Part shown: positions 49,060 through 62,200 of the stretch, one piece after another
How the letters are laid out: each line of letters opens with the position of its first letter
How positions within the stretch are numbered: the stretch's first letter is position 1
Assembly (NCBI RefSeq): GCF_006345805.1
Contig: NC_043021.1
Coordinates: forward strand, 1,116,001 to 1,180,000
Reading direction: 5' to 3'
Source: Octopus sinensis
Lineage: Eukaryota
Length of the DNA stretch: 64,000 nucleotides
The notes under the pieces: model-generated
The model's database searches: none
Told to the model about the DNA's origin: nothing
What the model saw: the letters and a program-made list of their open reading frames with translations, nothing else
Position numbers and translations under genes: made by a program

Positions 49060-50080
49060 GCACTCCTCATTTTTTGATCTCTCGTCATTTTAAACACCTT
49101 AAACAAGATCTATGTATATATTTGAAGAAATATTTATATACACAACCTAGAGACTCTGCTTCCATAGGTTCCAAGGTTGAAATTTCTACATAATCAATCA
49201 AATCGTTAGTAAGACAATGACCCCCCCCCCCCCGAGAAAAATATACCTACCAACAACCTTTACATCTACCCACATCTTGTGAGCATCAAAGCACAACAAA
49301 TTTCTCAACTAACAACACCATGACATGCTCTGCTAATGACCTCACCTTCTGACCAGCTAAAACATACCACCTTCTTATATTCTTTTGTGGAACCTTAAAA
49401 ATTCCTTTACAAAAAACAGATGACTCACATTTACTAAGTTTTTAAATGCTGGATTGAACTTGCGAGACTTCGACCTTTGCGTTATCAAAGCAAACGACTG
49501 GTAACAATAAAACCGAACGTAACTGAAACTAATGACACATACGCTGATTAGAAAGAAAAAAGAACTTCCTATACCTGCCTACGTAATTTGTGTGAACCAC
49601 TAAATGACAATCCTATAAAGCGAAGCTTACACACATGTTTACAAAGTTCTACACGCATGAAAAAATTCTCAACAATAACATAAACCCAAATTTAATCAAA
49701 GTTTTTCCACATCTCTCCAATCATAATCCATCCTTCAACCTAATTACCATTCAACAGAAACCCACAAACCCAAGGACAATTTTATTTCAACAGGAACTAC
49801 ATAAATCCAATAATTTCAATGTATTGCAGTCCGACGATGACTTTGCTAGCCGAAACATCGAAGTCACTGTCAACAATATTCATGATTAAGAATAATAAAT
49901 TTGAACTCTACAAAAGTTTAGAATGACCCATCAGATTACTGTAAAATTGTTTTATTATAACTGAACATACAAACAAACATAAATATGCGTATACGTGTAT
50001 ATGTGGGTGCGTGTGTATGTGTATGTATACATATGATACGTGTGTGTGCTTGAGTGCGTATGTATGTGTGAGTGCGTTTA

Positions 50081-50116
<36 letters not shown>

Positions 50117-50250
50117 TAGGTGTACGTGTTAATTCCTGCACTGGTATTTTTGGAGAATGGAATGTTCTGACTTAGAATTGTAGGAATTCTAACATTTGCA
50201 AAATCCATTGTTTCGTGACTTAATAAAAGCAGTTGTTTGTTTAAATTAGC

Positions 50251-53200
50251 AATGTCAGGGGAGTTGAATATGAGGATATAAGCTGGTCAGTGGTAGGATG
50301 GCAAAATGTCAGGGGAGTTGAATATGAGGGTATAAGCTGGTCAGTGGTAGGATGGCAAAATGTCAGGGGAGTTGAATATGAGGGTATAAGCTGGTCAGTG
50401 GTAGGATGGCAAAACGTCAGGGGAGTTGAATATGAGGATATAAGCTGGTCAGTGGTAGGATGGCAAAACGTCAGGGGAGTGAATATGAGGGTATAAGCTG
50501 GTCAGTGGTAGGATGGCAAAAGTCAGGGGAGTTGAATATGAGGGTATAAGCTGGTCAGTGGTAGGATTGCAAAATATCAGGGGAGTTGAATATGAGGATA
50601 TAAGCTGGTCAGTGGTAGGATGGCAAAATGTCAGGGGAGTTGAATATAAGGATATAAGCTGGTCAGTGGTAGGATGGCAAAACGTCAGGGGAGTTGAATA
50701 TGAGGGTATAAGCTGGTCAGTGGTAGGATGGCAAACGTCAGGGGAGTTGAATATGAGGGTATAAGCTGGTCAGTGGTAGGATGGCAAAACGTCAGGGGAG
50801 TTGAATATGAGGGTATAAGCTGGTCAGTGGTAGGATGGCAAAATGTCAGGGGAGTTGAATATGAGGGTATAAGCTGGTCAGTGGTAGGATGGCAAAATGT
50901 CAGGGGAGTTGAATATGAGGATATAAGCTGGTCAGTGGTAGGATGGCAAAATGTCAGGGGAGTTGAATATGAGGGTATAAGCTGGTCAGTGGTAGGATGG
51001 CAAAATGTCAGGGGAGTTGAATATGAGGATATAAGCTGGTCAGTGGTAGGATGGCAAAATGTCAGGGGAGTTGAATATGAGGTATAAGCTGGTCAGTGGT
51101 AGGATGGCAAAATGTCAGGGGAGTTGAATATGAGGATATAAGCTGGTCAGTGGTAGGATGGCAAAATGTCAGGGGAGTTGAATATGAGGGTATAAGCTGG
51201 TCAGTGGTAGGAAGGCAAAATGTCATGGGAGTTGAATATGAGGGTATAAGCTGGTCAGTGGTAGGATGGCAAAATGTCAGGGGAGTTGAATATGAGGGTA
51301 TAAGCTGGTCAGTGGTAGGATGGCAAAATGTCAGGGGAGTTGAATATGAGGATATAAGCTGGTCAGTGGTAGGATGGCAAAATGTCAGGGGAGTTGAATA
51401 TGAGGATATAAGCTGGTCAGTGGTAGGAAGGCAAAATGTCAGGGGAGTTGAATATGAGGATATAAGCTGGTCAGTGGTAGGATGGCAAAATGTCAGGGGA
51501 GTGGAATATGAGGATATAAGCTGGTCAGTGGTAGGATGGCAAAACGTCAGGGGAGTGAATATGAGGGTATAAGCTGGTCAGTGGTAGGATGGCAAAATGT
51601 CAGGGGGAGTTGTATATGAGGTATAAGCTGGTCAGTGGTAGGATGGCAAAATGTCAGGGGAGTTGATATATGAGGGTATAAGCTGGTTCAGTGTAGGATG
51701 GCCAAAAAGTCAGGGGAGTTGAATATGAGGATATAAGCTGGTCAGTGGTAGGATGGCAAAATGTCAGGGGAGTTGAATATGAGGGTATAAGCTGGTCAGT
51801 GGTAGGATGGCAAAACGTCAGGGGAGTTGAATATGAGGTATAAGCTGGTCAGTGGTAGGATGGCAAAATGTCAGGGGAGTTGAATATGAGGGTATAAGCT
51901 GGTTCAGTGGTAGGAGGGGCAAAACGTCAGGGGAGTTGAATATGAGGGTATAAGCTGGTCAGTGGTAGGATGGCAAAATGTCAGGGGAGTTGAATATGAT
52001 GATATAAGCTGGTCAGTGGTAGGATGGCCAAAACGTCAGGGGAGTTGAATATGAGGATATAAGCTGGTCAGTGGTAGGATGGCAAAATGTCAGGGGAGTG
52101 GAATATGAGGATAAAGCTGGTCAGTGGTAGGATGGCAAAATGTCAGGGGAGTGAATATGAGGATATAAGCTGGTCAGTGGTAGGAAGGCAAAATGTCAGG
52201 GGAGTTGAATATGAGGATATAAGCTGGTCAGTGGGAAGGAAGGCAAAATGTCAGGGGAGTTGAATATGAGGGTATAGCTGGGTCAGTGGTAGGAAGGCAA
52301 AATGTCAGGGGAGTTGAATATGAGGGTATAAGCTGGTCAGTGGTAGGATGGCAAAACGTCAGGGGAGTTGAATATGAGGGTATAAGCTGGTCAGTGGTAG
52401 GATGGCAAAATGTCAGGGGAGTGGAATATGAGGATATAAGCTGGTCAGTGGTAGGATGGCAAAATGTCAGGGGAGTGGAATATGATGATATAAGCTGGTC
52501 AGTGGTAGGATGGCAAAACGTCAGGGGAGTTGAATATGAGGATATAAGCTGGTCAGTGGTAGGATGGCAAAATGTCAGGGGGAGTTGGAATTATGAGATA
52601 TAAGCTGGTCAGTGGTAGGATGGCAAAACGTCAGGGGAGTGAATATGAGGATATAAGCTGGTCAGTGTAGGTAGGATGCACAATGTGTCAGGGGAGTGTG
52701 GAATATGAGGATTATAAGCTGGTCAGTGGTAGGAGGGCAAAATGTCAGGGGGAGTTGAATATGAGGGTATAAGCTGGTCAGTGGTAGGAAGGCAAAATGT
52801 CAGGGGAGTTGAATATGAGGATATAAGCTGGTCAGTGGTAGGAGGCAAAATGTCAGGGGAGTTGAATATGAGGATATAAGCTGGTCAGTGGTAGGATGGC
52901 AAAATGTCAGGGGAGTTGAATATGAGGGTATAAGCTGGTCAGTGGTAGGATGGCAAAACGTCAGGGGAGTTGAATATGAGGGTATAAGCTGGTCAGTGGT
53001 AGGATGGCAAAACGTCAGGGGAGTTGAATATGAGGGTATAAGCTGGTCAGTGGTAGGATGGCAAAATGTCAGGGGAGTTGAATATGAGGGTATAAGCTGG
53101 TCAGTGGTAGGATGGCAAAACGTCAGGGGAGTTGAATATGAGGATATAAGCTGGTCAGTGGTAGGATGGCAAAATGTCAGGGGAGTTGAATATGAGGATA

Positions 53201-56200
53201 TAAGCTGGTCAGTGGTAGGAAGGCAAAATGTCAGGGGAGTTGAATATGAGGGTATAAGCTGGTCAGTGGTAGGAAGGCAAAATGTCAGGGGAGTTGAATA
53301 TGAGGGTATAAGCTGGTCAGTGGTAGGATGGCAAAATGTCAGGGGAGTTGAATATGAGGGTATAAGCTGGTCAGTGGTAGGATGGCAAAACGTCAGGGGA
53401 GTTGAATATGAGGGTATAAGCTGGTCAGTGGTAGGATGGCAAAATGTCAGGGGAGTTGAATATGAGGGTATAAGCTGGTCAGTGGTAGGATGGCAAAATG
53501 TCAGGGAGTTGAATATGAGGATATAAGCTGGTCAGTGGTAGGATGCAAAATGTCAGGGGAGGAATATGAGGATATAAGCTGGTCAGTGGTAGGATGGCAA
53601 AATGTCAGGGGAGTTGAATATGAGGGTATAAGCTGGTCAGTGGTAGGAAGGCAAAATGTCAGGGGAGTTGAATATGAGGGATAAGCTGGTCAGTGGTAGG
53701 AAGGCAAAATGTCAGGGGAGTTGAATATGAGGGTATATAAGCTGGTCAGTGGTAGGAAGGCAAAAAGTCAGGGGAGTTGAATATGAGGGTATAAGCTGGT
53801 CAGTGGTAGGTAGGATGGCAAAATGTCAGGGGAGTTGAATATGAGGGTATAAGCTGGTCAGTGGTAGGATGGCAAAACGTCAGGGGAGTTGAATATGAGG
53901 ATATAAGCTGGTCAGTGGTAGGATGGCAAAATGTCAGGGGAGTGGAATATGAGGATATAAGCTGGTCAGTGGTAGGATGGCAAAATGTCAGGGGAGTTGA
54001 ATATGAGGGTATAAGCTGGTCAGTGGTAGGATGGCAAAATGTCAGGGGAGTGGAATATGAGGGTATAAGCTGGTCAGTGGTAGGATGGCAAAACGTCAGG
54101 GGAGTGGAATATGAGGGTATAAGCTGGTCAGTGGTAGGATGGCAAAATGTCAGGGGAGTGGAATATGAGGGTATAAGCTGGTCAGTGGTAGGATGGCAAA
54201 ACGTCAGGGGAGTTGAATATGAGGATATAAGCTGGTCAGTGGTAGGATGGCAAAATGTCAGGGGAGTGGAATATGAGGATATAAGCTGGTCAGTGGTAGG
54301 ATGGCAAAATGTCAGGGGAGTGGAATATGAGGACATAAGCTGGTCAGTGGTAGGATGGCAAAATGTCAGGGGAGTGGAATATGAGGGTATAAGCTGGTCA
54401 GTGGTAGGATGGCAAAACGTCAGGGGAGTTGAATATGAGGGTATAAGCTGGTCAGTGGTAGGATGGCAAAATGTCAGGGGAGTGGAATATGAGGGTATAA
54501 GCTGGTCAGTGGTAGGATGGCAAAACGTCAGGGGAGTTGAATATGAGTGTATAAGCTGGTCAGTGGTAGGATGGCAAAATGTCAGGGGAGTTGAATATGA
54601 GGGTATAAGCTGGTCAGTGGTAGGTAGGATGGCAAAATGTCAGGGGAGTGGAATATGAGGGTAATAGCTGGTCAGTGGTAGGATGGCAAAACGTCAGGGG
54701 AGTTGAATATGAGGATATAAGCTGGTCAGTGGTAGGATGGTGGCAAAATGTCAGGGGAGTTGAATATGAGGATATAAGCTGGTCAGTGGTAGGATGGCAA
54801 AATGTCAGGGGAGTGGAGTGGAATATGAGGATATAAGCTGGTCAGTGGTAGGATGGCAAAATGTCAGGGGAGTTGAATATGAGGGTATAAGCTGGTCAGT
54901 GGTAGGATGGCAAAAGTCAGGGGAGTGGAATATGAGGATATAAGCTGGTCAGTGGTAGGATGGCAAAATGTCAGGGGAGTTGAATATGAGGTATAAGCTG
55001 GTCAGTGGTAGGATGGCAAAATGTCAGGGGAGTTGAATATGAGGGTATAAGCTGGTCAGTGGTAGGAAGGCAAAATGTCAGGGGAGTTGAATAGGGGATA
55101 TAAGCTGGTCAGTGGTAGGATTGGCAAAATGTCAGGGGAGTTGAATATTGAGGGTAAGCTGGTCAGTGGTAGGAAGGCAAAATGTCAGGGAGGAGTTGAA
55201 TATGAGGGTATAAGCTGGTCAGTGGTAGGAAGGCAAAATGTCAGGGGAGTTGAATATGAAGGATATAAGCTGGTCAGTGGTAGGATGGCAAAATGTCAGG
55301 GGAGTTGAATATGAGGACATAAGCTGGTCAGTGGTAGGATGGCAAATGTCAGGGGAGTGGAATATGAGGGTATAAGCTGGTCAGTGGTGGTAGGATGGCA
55401 AAACGTCAGGGGAGTTGAATATGAGGGTATAAGCTGGTCAGTGGTAGGATGGCAAAATGTCAGGGGAGTTGAATATGAGGGTATAAGCTGGTCAGTGGTA
55501 GGATGGCAAAATGTCAGGGGAGTTGAATATGAGGGTATATAAGCTGGTCAGTGGTAGGATGGCAAAACGTCAGGGGAGTTGAATATGAGGGTATAAGCTG
55601 GTCAGTGGTAGGATGGCAAAATGTCAGGGGAGTGGAATATGAGGGTATAGCTGGTCAGTGGTAGGATGGCAAAATGTCAGGGGAGTTGAATATGAGGATA
55701 TAAGCTGGTCAGTGGTAGGATGGCAAAATGTCAGGGGGAGTTGGAATATGAGGATATAAGCTGGTCAGTGGTAGGATGGCAAAATGTCAGGGGAGTTGAA
55801 TATGAGGATATAAGCTGGTCAGTGGTAGGATGCAAAATGTCAGGGGAGTTGAATATGAGGGTATAAGCTGGTCAGTGGTAGGATGGCAAAATGTCAGGGG
55901 AGTGGAATATGAGGATATAAGCTGGTCAGTGGTAGGATGGCAAAACGTCAGGGGAGTTGAATATGAGGGTATAAGCTGGTCAGTGGTAGGAAGGCAAAAT
56001 GTCAGGGGAGTTGAATATGAGGGTATAAGCTGGTCAGTGGTAGGAAGGCAAAATGTCAGGGGAGTTGAATATGAGGATATAAGCTGGTCAGTGGTAGGAT
56101 GGCAAAATGTCAGGGGAGTTGAATATGAGGGTATAAGCTGGTCAGTGGTAGGAAGGCAAAATGTCAGGGGAGTTGAATATGAGGGTATAAGCTGGTCAGT

Positions 56201-59200
56201 GGTAGGAAGGCAAAATGTCAGGGGTGTTGAATATGAGGTATAAGCTGGTCAGTGGTAGGAAGGCAAAATGTCAGGGGAGTTGAATAGGAGGATATAAGCT
56301 GGTCAGTGGTAGGATTGCAAAATGTCAGGGGAGTTGAATATGAGGGTATAAGCTGGTCAGTGGTAGGAAGGCAAAATGTCAGGGGAGTTGAATATGAGGG
56401 TATAAGCTGGTCAGTGGTAGGATGGCAAAATGTCAGGGGAGTTGAATATGAGGGTATAAGCTGGTCAGTGGTAGGATGGCAAAATGTCAGGGGAGTTGAA
56501 TATGAGGGTATAAGCTGGTCAGTGGTAGGAAGGCAAAATGTCAGGGGAGTTGAATATGAGGGTATAAGCTGGTCAGTGGTAGGAAGGCAAAATGTCAGGG
56601 GAGTTGAATATGAGGGTATAAGCTGGTCAGTGGTAGGAAGGCAAAATGTCAGGGGAGTTGAATATGGGGTATAAGCTGGTCAGTGGTAGGATGGCAAAAT
56701 GTCAGGGGAGTTGAATATGAGGATATAAGCTGGTCAGTGGTAGGATTGCAAAATGTCAGGGGAGTTGAATATGAGGGTATAGCTGGTCAGTGGTAGGATG
56801 GCAAAATGTCAGGGGAGTTGAATATGAGGGTATAAGCTGGTCAGTGGTAGGAAGGCAAAATGTCAGGGGAGTTGAATATGAGGGTATAAGCTGGTCAGTG
56901 GTAGGAGGCAAAATGTCAGGGGAGTTGAATATGAGGGTATAAGCTGGTCAGTGGTAGGAAGGCAAAATGTCAGGGGAGTTGAATAGGAGGATATAAGCTG
57001 GTCAGTGGTAGGATTGCAAAATGTCAGGGGAGTTGAATATGAGGGTAAGCTGGTCAGTGGTGGTAGGAAGGCAAAATGTCAGGGGAGTTGAAATATGAGG
57101 GTATAAGCTGGTCAGTGGTAGGAAGGTAAATGTCAGGGGAGTTGAAATATGAGGATATAAGCTGGTCAGTGGTAGGATGGCAAAAATGTCAGGGGAGTTG
57201 AATATGAGGATATAAGCTGGTCAGTGGTAGGATGGCAAAATGTCAGGGGAGTAGAATATGAGGATATAAGCTGGTCAGTGGTAGGAAGGCAAAATGTCAG
57301 GGGTGTTGAATATGAGGGTATAAGCTGGTCAGTGGTAGGATGGCAAAATGTCAGGGGAGTTGAATATGAGGGTATAAGCTGGTCAGTGGTAGGATGGCAA
57401 AACGTCAGGGGAGTTGAATATGAGGATATAAGCTGGTCAGTGGTAGGATGGCAAAATGTCAGGGGAGTAGAATATGAGGATATAAGCTGGTCAGTGGTAG
57501 GATGGCAAAACGTCAGGGGAGTTGAATATGAGGGTATAAGCTGGTCCGTGGTAGGATGGCAAAATGTCAGGGGAGTTGAATATGAGGGTATAAGCTGGTC
57601 AGTGGTAGGATGGCAAAATGTCAGGGGAGTTGAATATGAGGGTATAAGCTGGTCAGTGGTAGGTAGGATGGCAAAACATCAGGGGAGTTGAATATGAGGA
57701 TATAAGCTGGTCAGTGTAGGATGGCAAAATGTCAGGGGAGTTGAATATGAGGGTATATAAGCTGGTCAGTGGTAGGATGGCAAATGTCGGGAGGAATATG
57801 AGGATATAAGCTGGTCAGTGGTAGGATGGCAAAACGTCAGGGGAGTGGAATATGAGGGTATAAGCTGGTCAGTGGTAGGAAGGCAAAATGTCGGGAGTTG
57901 AATATGATGATATAAGCTGGTCAGTGGTAGGATGGCAAAATGTCAGGGGAGTTGAATATGAGGATATAAGCTGGTCAGTGGTAGGATGGCAAAATGTCAG
58001 TGGAGTTGAATATGAGGATATAAGCTGGTCAGTGGTGGTAGGATGGCAAAATGTCAGGGGAGTTGAATATGAGGATATAAGCTGGTCAGTGGTAGGAAGG
58101 CAAAATGTCAGGGGAGTTGAATATGCGGATATAAGCTGGTCAGTGGTGGTAGGATGGCAAATGTCAGGGGAGTTGAATATGAGGGATAAGCTGGTCAGTG
58201 GTAGGATTGCAAAATGTCAGGGGAGTTGAATATTAGGATTATAGTGGTCAGTGGTAGGATGGCAAAATGTCAGGTGAGTTGAATATGAGGATATAGCTGG
58301 CCAGTGGGTAGGATGGCAAATGTCAGGGGAGTTGAATATGAGGATATAAGCTGGTCAGTGGTAGGATGGCAAATGTCAGGGGAGTTGAATATGAGGATAT
58401 AAGCTGGTCAGTGGTAGGATTGCAAAATGTCAGGGGAGTTGAATATGAGGATATAAGTGGTCAGTGGTAGGAAGGCAAAATGTCGGGGGTTGAATATGAG
58501 GATATAAGCTGGTCAGTGGTAGGATGGCAAAATGTCAGGGGAGTTGAATATGAGGCTATAAGCTGGTCAGTGGTAGGATTGCAAAATATCAGGGGAGTTG
58601 AATATGAGGATATAAGCTGGTCAGTGGTAGGATGGCAAAATGTCAGGGGAGTTGAATATGATGATATAAGCTGGTCAGTGGTAGGATGGCAAAATGTCAG
58701 GGGAGTTGAATATGAGGATATAAGGTGGTCAGTGGTAGGATGGCAAAATGTCAGGGGAGTTGAATATGATGATATAAGCTGGTCAGTGGTAGGATGGCAA
58801 AATATCAGGGGAGTTGAATATGAGGATATAAGCTGGTCAGTGGTAGGATGGCAAAATGTCAGGGGAGTTGAATATGATGATATAACCTGTTCAGTGGTAG
58901 GATTGCAAAATGTCAGGGGAGTTGAATATGAGGATATAAGCTGGTCAGTGGTAGGATGGCAAAATGTCAGGGGAGTGGAATATGAGGGTATAAGCTGGTC
59001 AGTGGTAGGATGGCAAAACGTCAGGGGAGTTGAATATGAGGGTATAAGCTGGTCAGTGGTAGGATGGCAAAACGTCAGGGGAGTTGAATATGAGGGTATA
59101 AGCTGGTCAGTGGTAGGATGGCAAAATGTCAGGGGAGTGGAATATGAGGGTAATAGCTGGTCAGTGGTAGGATGGCAAAACGTCAGGGGAGTTGAATATG

Positions 59201-62200
59201 AGGATATAAGCTGGTCAGTGGTAGGATGGCAAAATGTCAGGGGAGTGGAATATGAGGATATAAGCTGGTCAGTGGTAGGATGGCAAAATGTCAGGGGAGT
59301 GGAATATGAGGATATAAGCTGGTCAGTGGTAGGATGGCAAAATGTCAGGGGAGTTGAATATGAGGGTATAAGCTGGTCAGTGGTAGGATGGCAAAATGTC
59401 AGGGGAGTGGAATATGAGGATATAAGCTGGTCAGTGGTAGGATGGCAAAACGTCAGGGGAGTTGAATATGAGGGTATAAGCTGGTCAGTGGTAGGAAGGC
59501 AAAATGTCAGGGGAGTTGAATATGAGGGTATAAGCTGGTCAGTGGTAGGAAGGCAAAATGTCAGGGGAGTTGATTAGGAGGATATAAGCTGGTCAGTGGT
59601 AGGATTGCAAAATGTCAGGGGAGTTGAATATGAGGGTATAAGCTGGTCAGTGGTAGGAAGGCAAAATGTCAGGGGAGTTGAATATGAGGGTATAAGCTGG
59701 TCAGTGGTAGGAAGGCAAAATGTCAGGGGTGTTGAATATGAGGTATAAGCTGGTCAGTGGTAGGAAGGCAAAATGTCAGGGGAGTTGAAGGAGGATATAA
59801 GCTGGTCAGTGGTAGGATTGCAAAATGTCAGGGGAGTTGAATATGAGGGTATAAGCTGGTCAGTGGTAGGAAGGCAAAATGTCAGGGGAGTTGAATATGA
59901 GGGTATAAGCTGGTCAGTGGTAGGAAGGCAAATGTCAGGGGTGTTGAATATGAGGGTATAAGCTGGTCAGTGGTAGGATGGCAAAATGTCAGGGGAGTTG
60001 AATATGAGGGTATAAGCTGGTCAGTGGTAGGAAGGCAAAATGTCAGGGGAGTTGAATATGAGGGTATAAGCTGGTCAGTGGTAGGAAGGCAAAATGTCAG
60101 GGGAGTTGAATATGAGGGTATAAGCTGGTCAGTGGTAGGAAGGCAAAATGTCAGGGGAGTTGAATATGAGGGTATAAGCTGGTCAGTGGTAGGAGGCAAA
60201 ATGTCAGGGGAGTTGAATATGAGGATATAAGCTGGTCAGTGGTAGGATTGCAAAATGTCAGGGGAGTTGAATATGAGGGTATAAGCTGGTCAGTGGTAGG
60301 ATGGCAAAATGTCAGGGGAGTTGAATATGAGGGTATAAGCTAGTCAGTGGTAGGAAGGCAAAATGTCAGGGGAGTTGAATATGAGGGTATAAGCTGGTCA
60401 GTGGTAGGAAGGCAAAATGTCAGGGGAGTTGAATATGAGGGTATAAGCTGGTCAGTGGTAGGAAGGCAAAATGTCAGGGGAGTTGAATAGGAGGATATAA
60501 GCTGGTCAGTGGTAGGATTGTAAAATGTCAGGGGAGTTGAATATGAGGGTATAAGCTGGTCAGTGGTAGGAAGGCAAAATGTCAGGGGAGTTGAATATGA
60601 GGGTATAAGCTGGTCAGTGGTAGGAAGGTAAAATGTCAGGGGAGTTGAATATGAGGATATAAGCTGGTCAGTGGTAGGATGGCAAAACGTCAGGGGAGTT
60701 GAATATGAGGATATAAGCTGGTCAGTGGTAGGATGGCAAAATGTCAGGGGAGTAGAATATGAGGATATAAGCTGGTCAGTGGTAGGAAGGCAAAATGTCA
60801 GGGGTGTTGAATATGAGGGTATAAGCTGGTCAGTGGTAGGATGGCAAAATGTCAGGGGAGTTGAATATGAGGGTATAAGCTGGTCAGTGGTAGGATGGCA
60901 AAACGTCAGGGGAGTTGAATATGAGGATATAAGCTGGTCAGTGGTAGGATGGCAAAATGTCAGGGGAGTAGAATATGAGGATATAAGCTGGTCAGTGGTA
61001 GGATGGCAAAACGTCAGGGGAGTTGAATATGAGGGTATAAGCTGGTCAGTGGTAGGATGGCAAAATGTCAGGGGAGTTGAATATGAGGGTATAAGCTGGT
61101 CAGTGGTAGGATGGCAAAATGTCAGGCGAGTTGAATATGAGGGTATAAGCTGGTCAGTGGTAGGATGGCAAAACATCAGGGGAGTTGAATATGAGGATAT
61201 AAGCTGGTCAGTGGTAGGATGGCAAAATGTCAGGGGAGTTGAATATGAGGGTATAAGCTGGTCAGTGGTAGGATGGCAAAAGGTCAGGGGAGTTGAATAT
61301 GAGGGTATAAGCTGGTCAGTGGTAGGATGGCAAAACGTCAGGGGAGTGGAATATGAGGGTATAAGCTGGTCAGTGGTAGGAAGGCAAAATGTCAGGGGAG
61401 TTGAATATGATGATATAAGCTGGTCAGTGGTAGGATGGCAAAATGTCAGGGGAGTTGAATATGAGGATATAAGCTGGTCAGTGGTAGGATTGCAAAATGT
61501 CAGGGGAGTTGAATATGAGGATATAAGCTGGTCAGTGGTAGGATGGGAAAACGTCAGGGGAGTTGAATATGAGGGTATAAGCTGGTCAGTGGTAGGATGG
61601 CAAAATGTCAGGGGAGTGGAATATGAGGGTAATAGCTGGTCAGTGGTAGGATGGCAAAACGTCAGGGGAGTTGAATATGAGGATATAAGCTGGTCAGTGG
61701 TAGGATGGCAAAATGTCAGGGGAGTGGAATATGAGGATATAAGCTGGTCAGTGGTAGGATGGCAAAATGTCAGGGGAGTGGAATATGAGGATATAAGCTG
61801 GTCAGTGGTAGGATGGCAAAATGTCAGGGGAGTTGAATATGAGGGTATAAGCTGGTCAGTGGTAGGATGGCAAAATGTCAGGGGAGTGGAATATGAGGAT
61901 ATAAGCTGGTCAGTGGTAGGATGGCAAAACGTCAGGGGAGTTGAATATGAGGGTATAAGCTGGTCAGTGGTAGGAAGGCAAAATGTCAGGGGAGTTGAAT
62001 ATGAGGGTATAAGCTGGTCAGTGGTAGGAAGGCAAAATGTCAGGGGAGTTGATTAGGAGGATATAAGCTGGTCAGTGGTAGGATTGCAAAATGTCAGGGG
62101 AGTTGAATATGAGGGTATAAGCTGGTCAGTGGTAGGAAGGCAAAATGTCAGGGGAGTTGAATATGAGGGTATAAGCTGGTCAGTGGTAGGAAGGCAAAAT

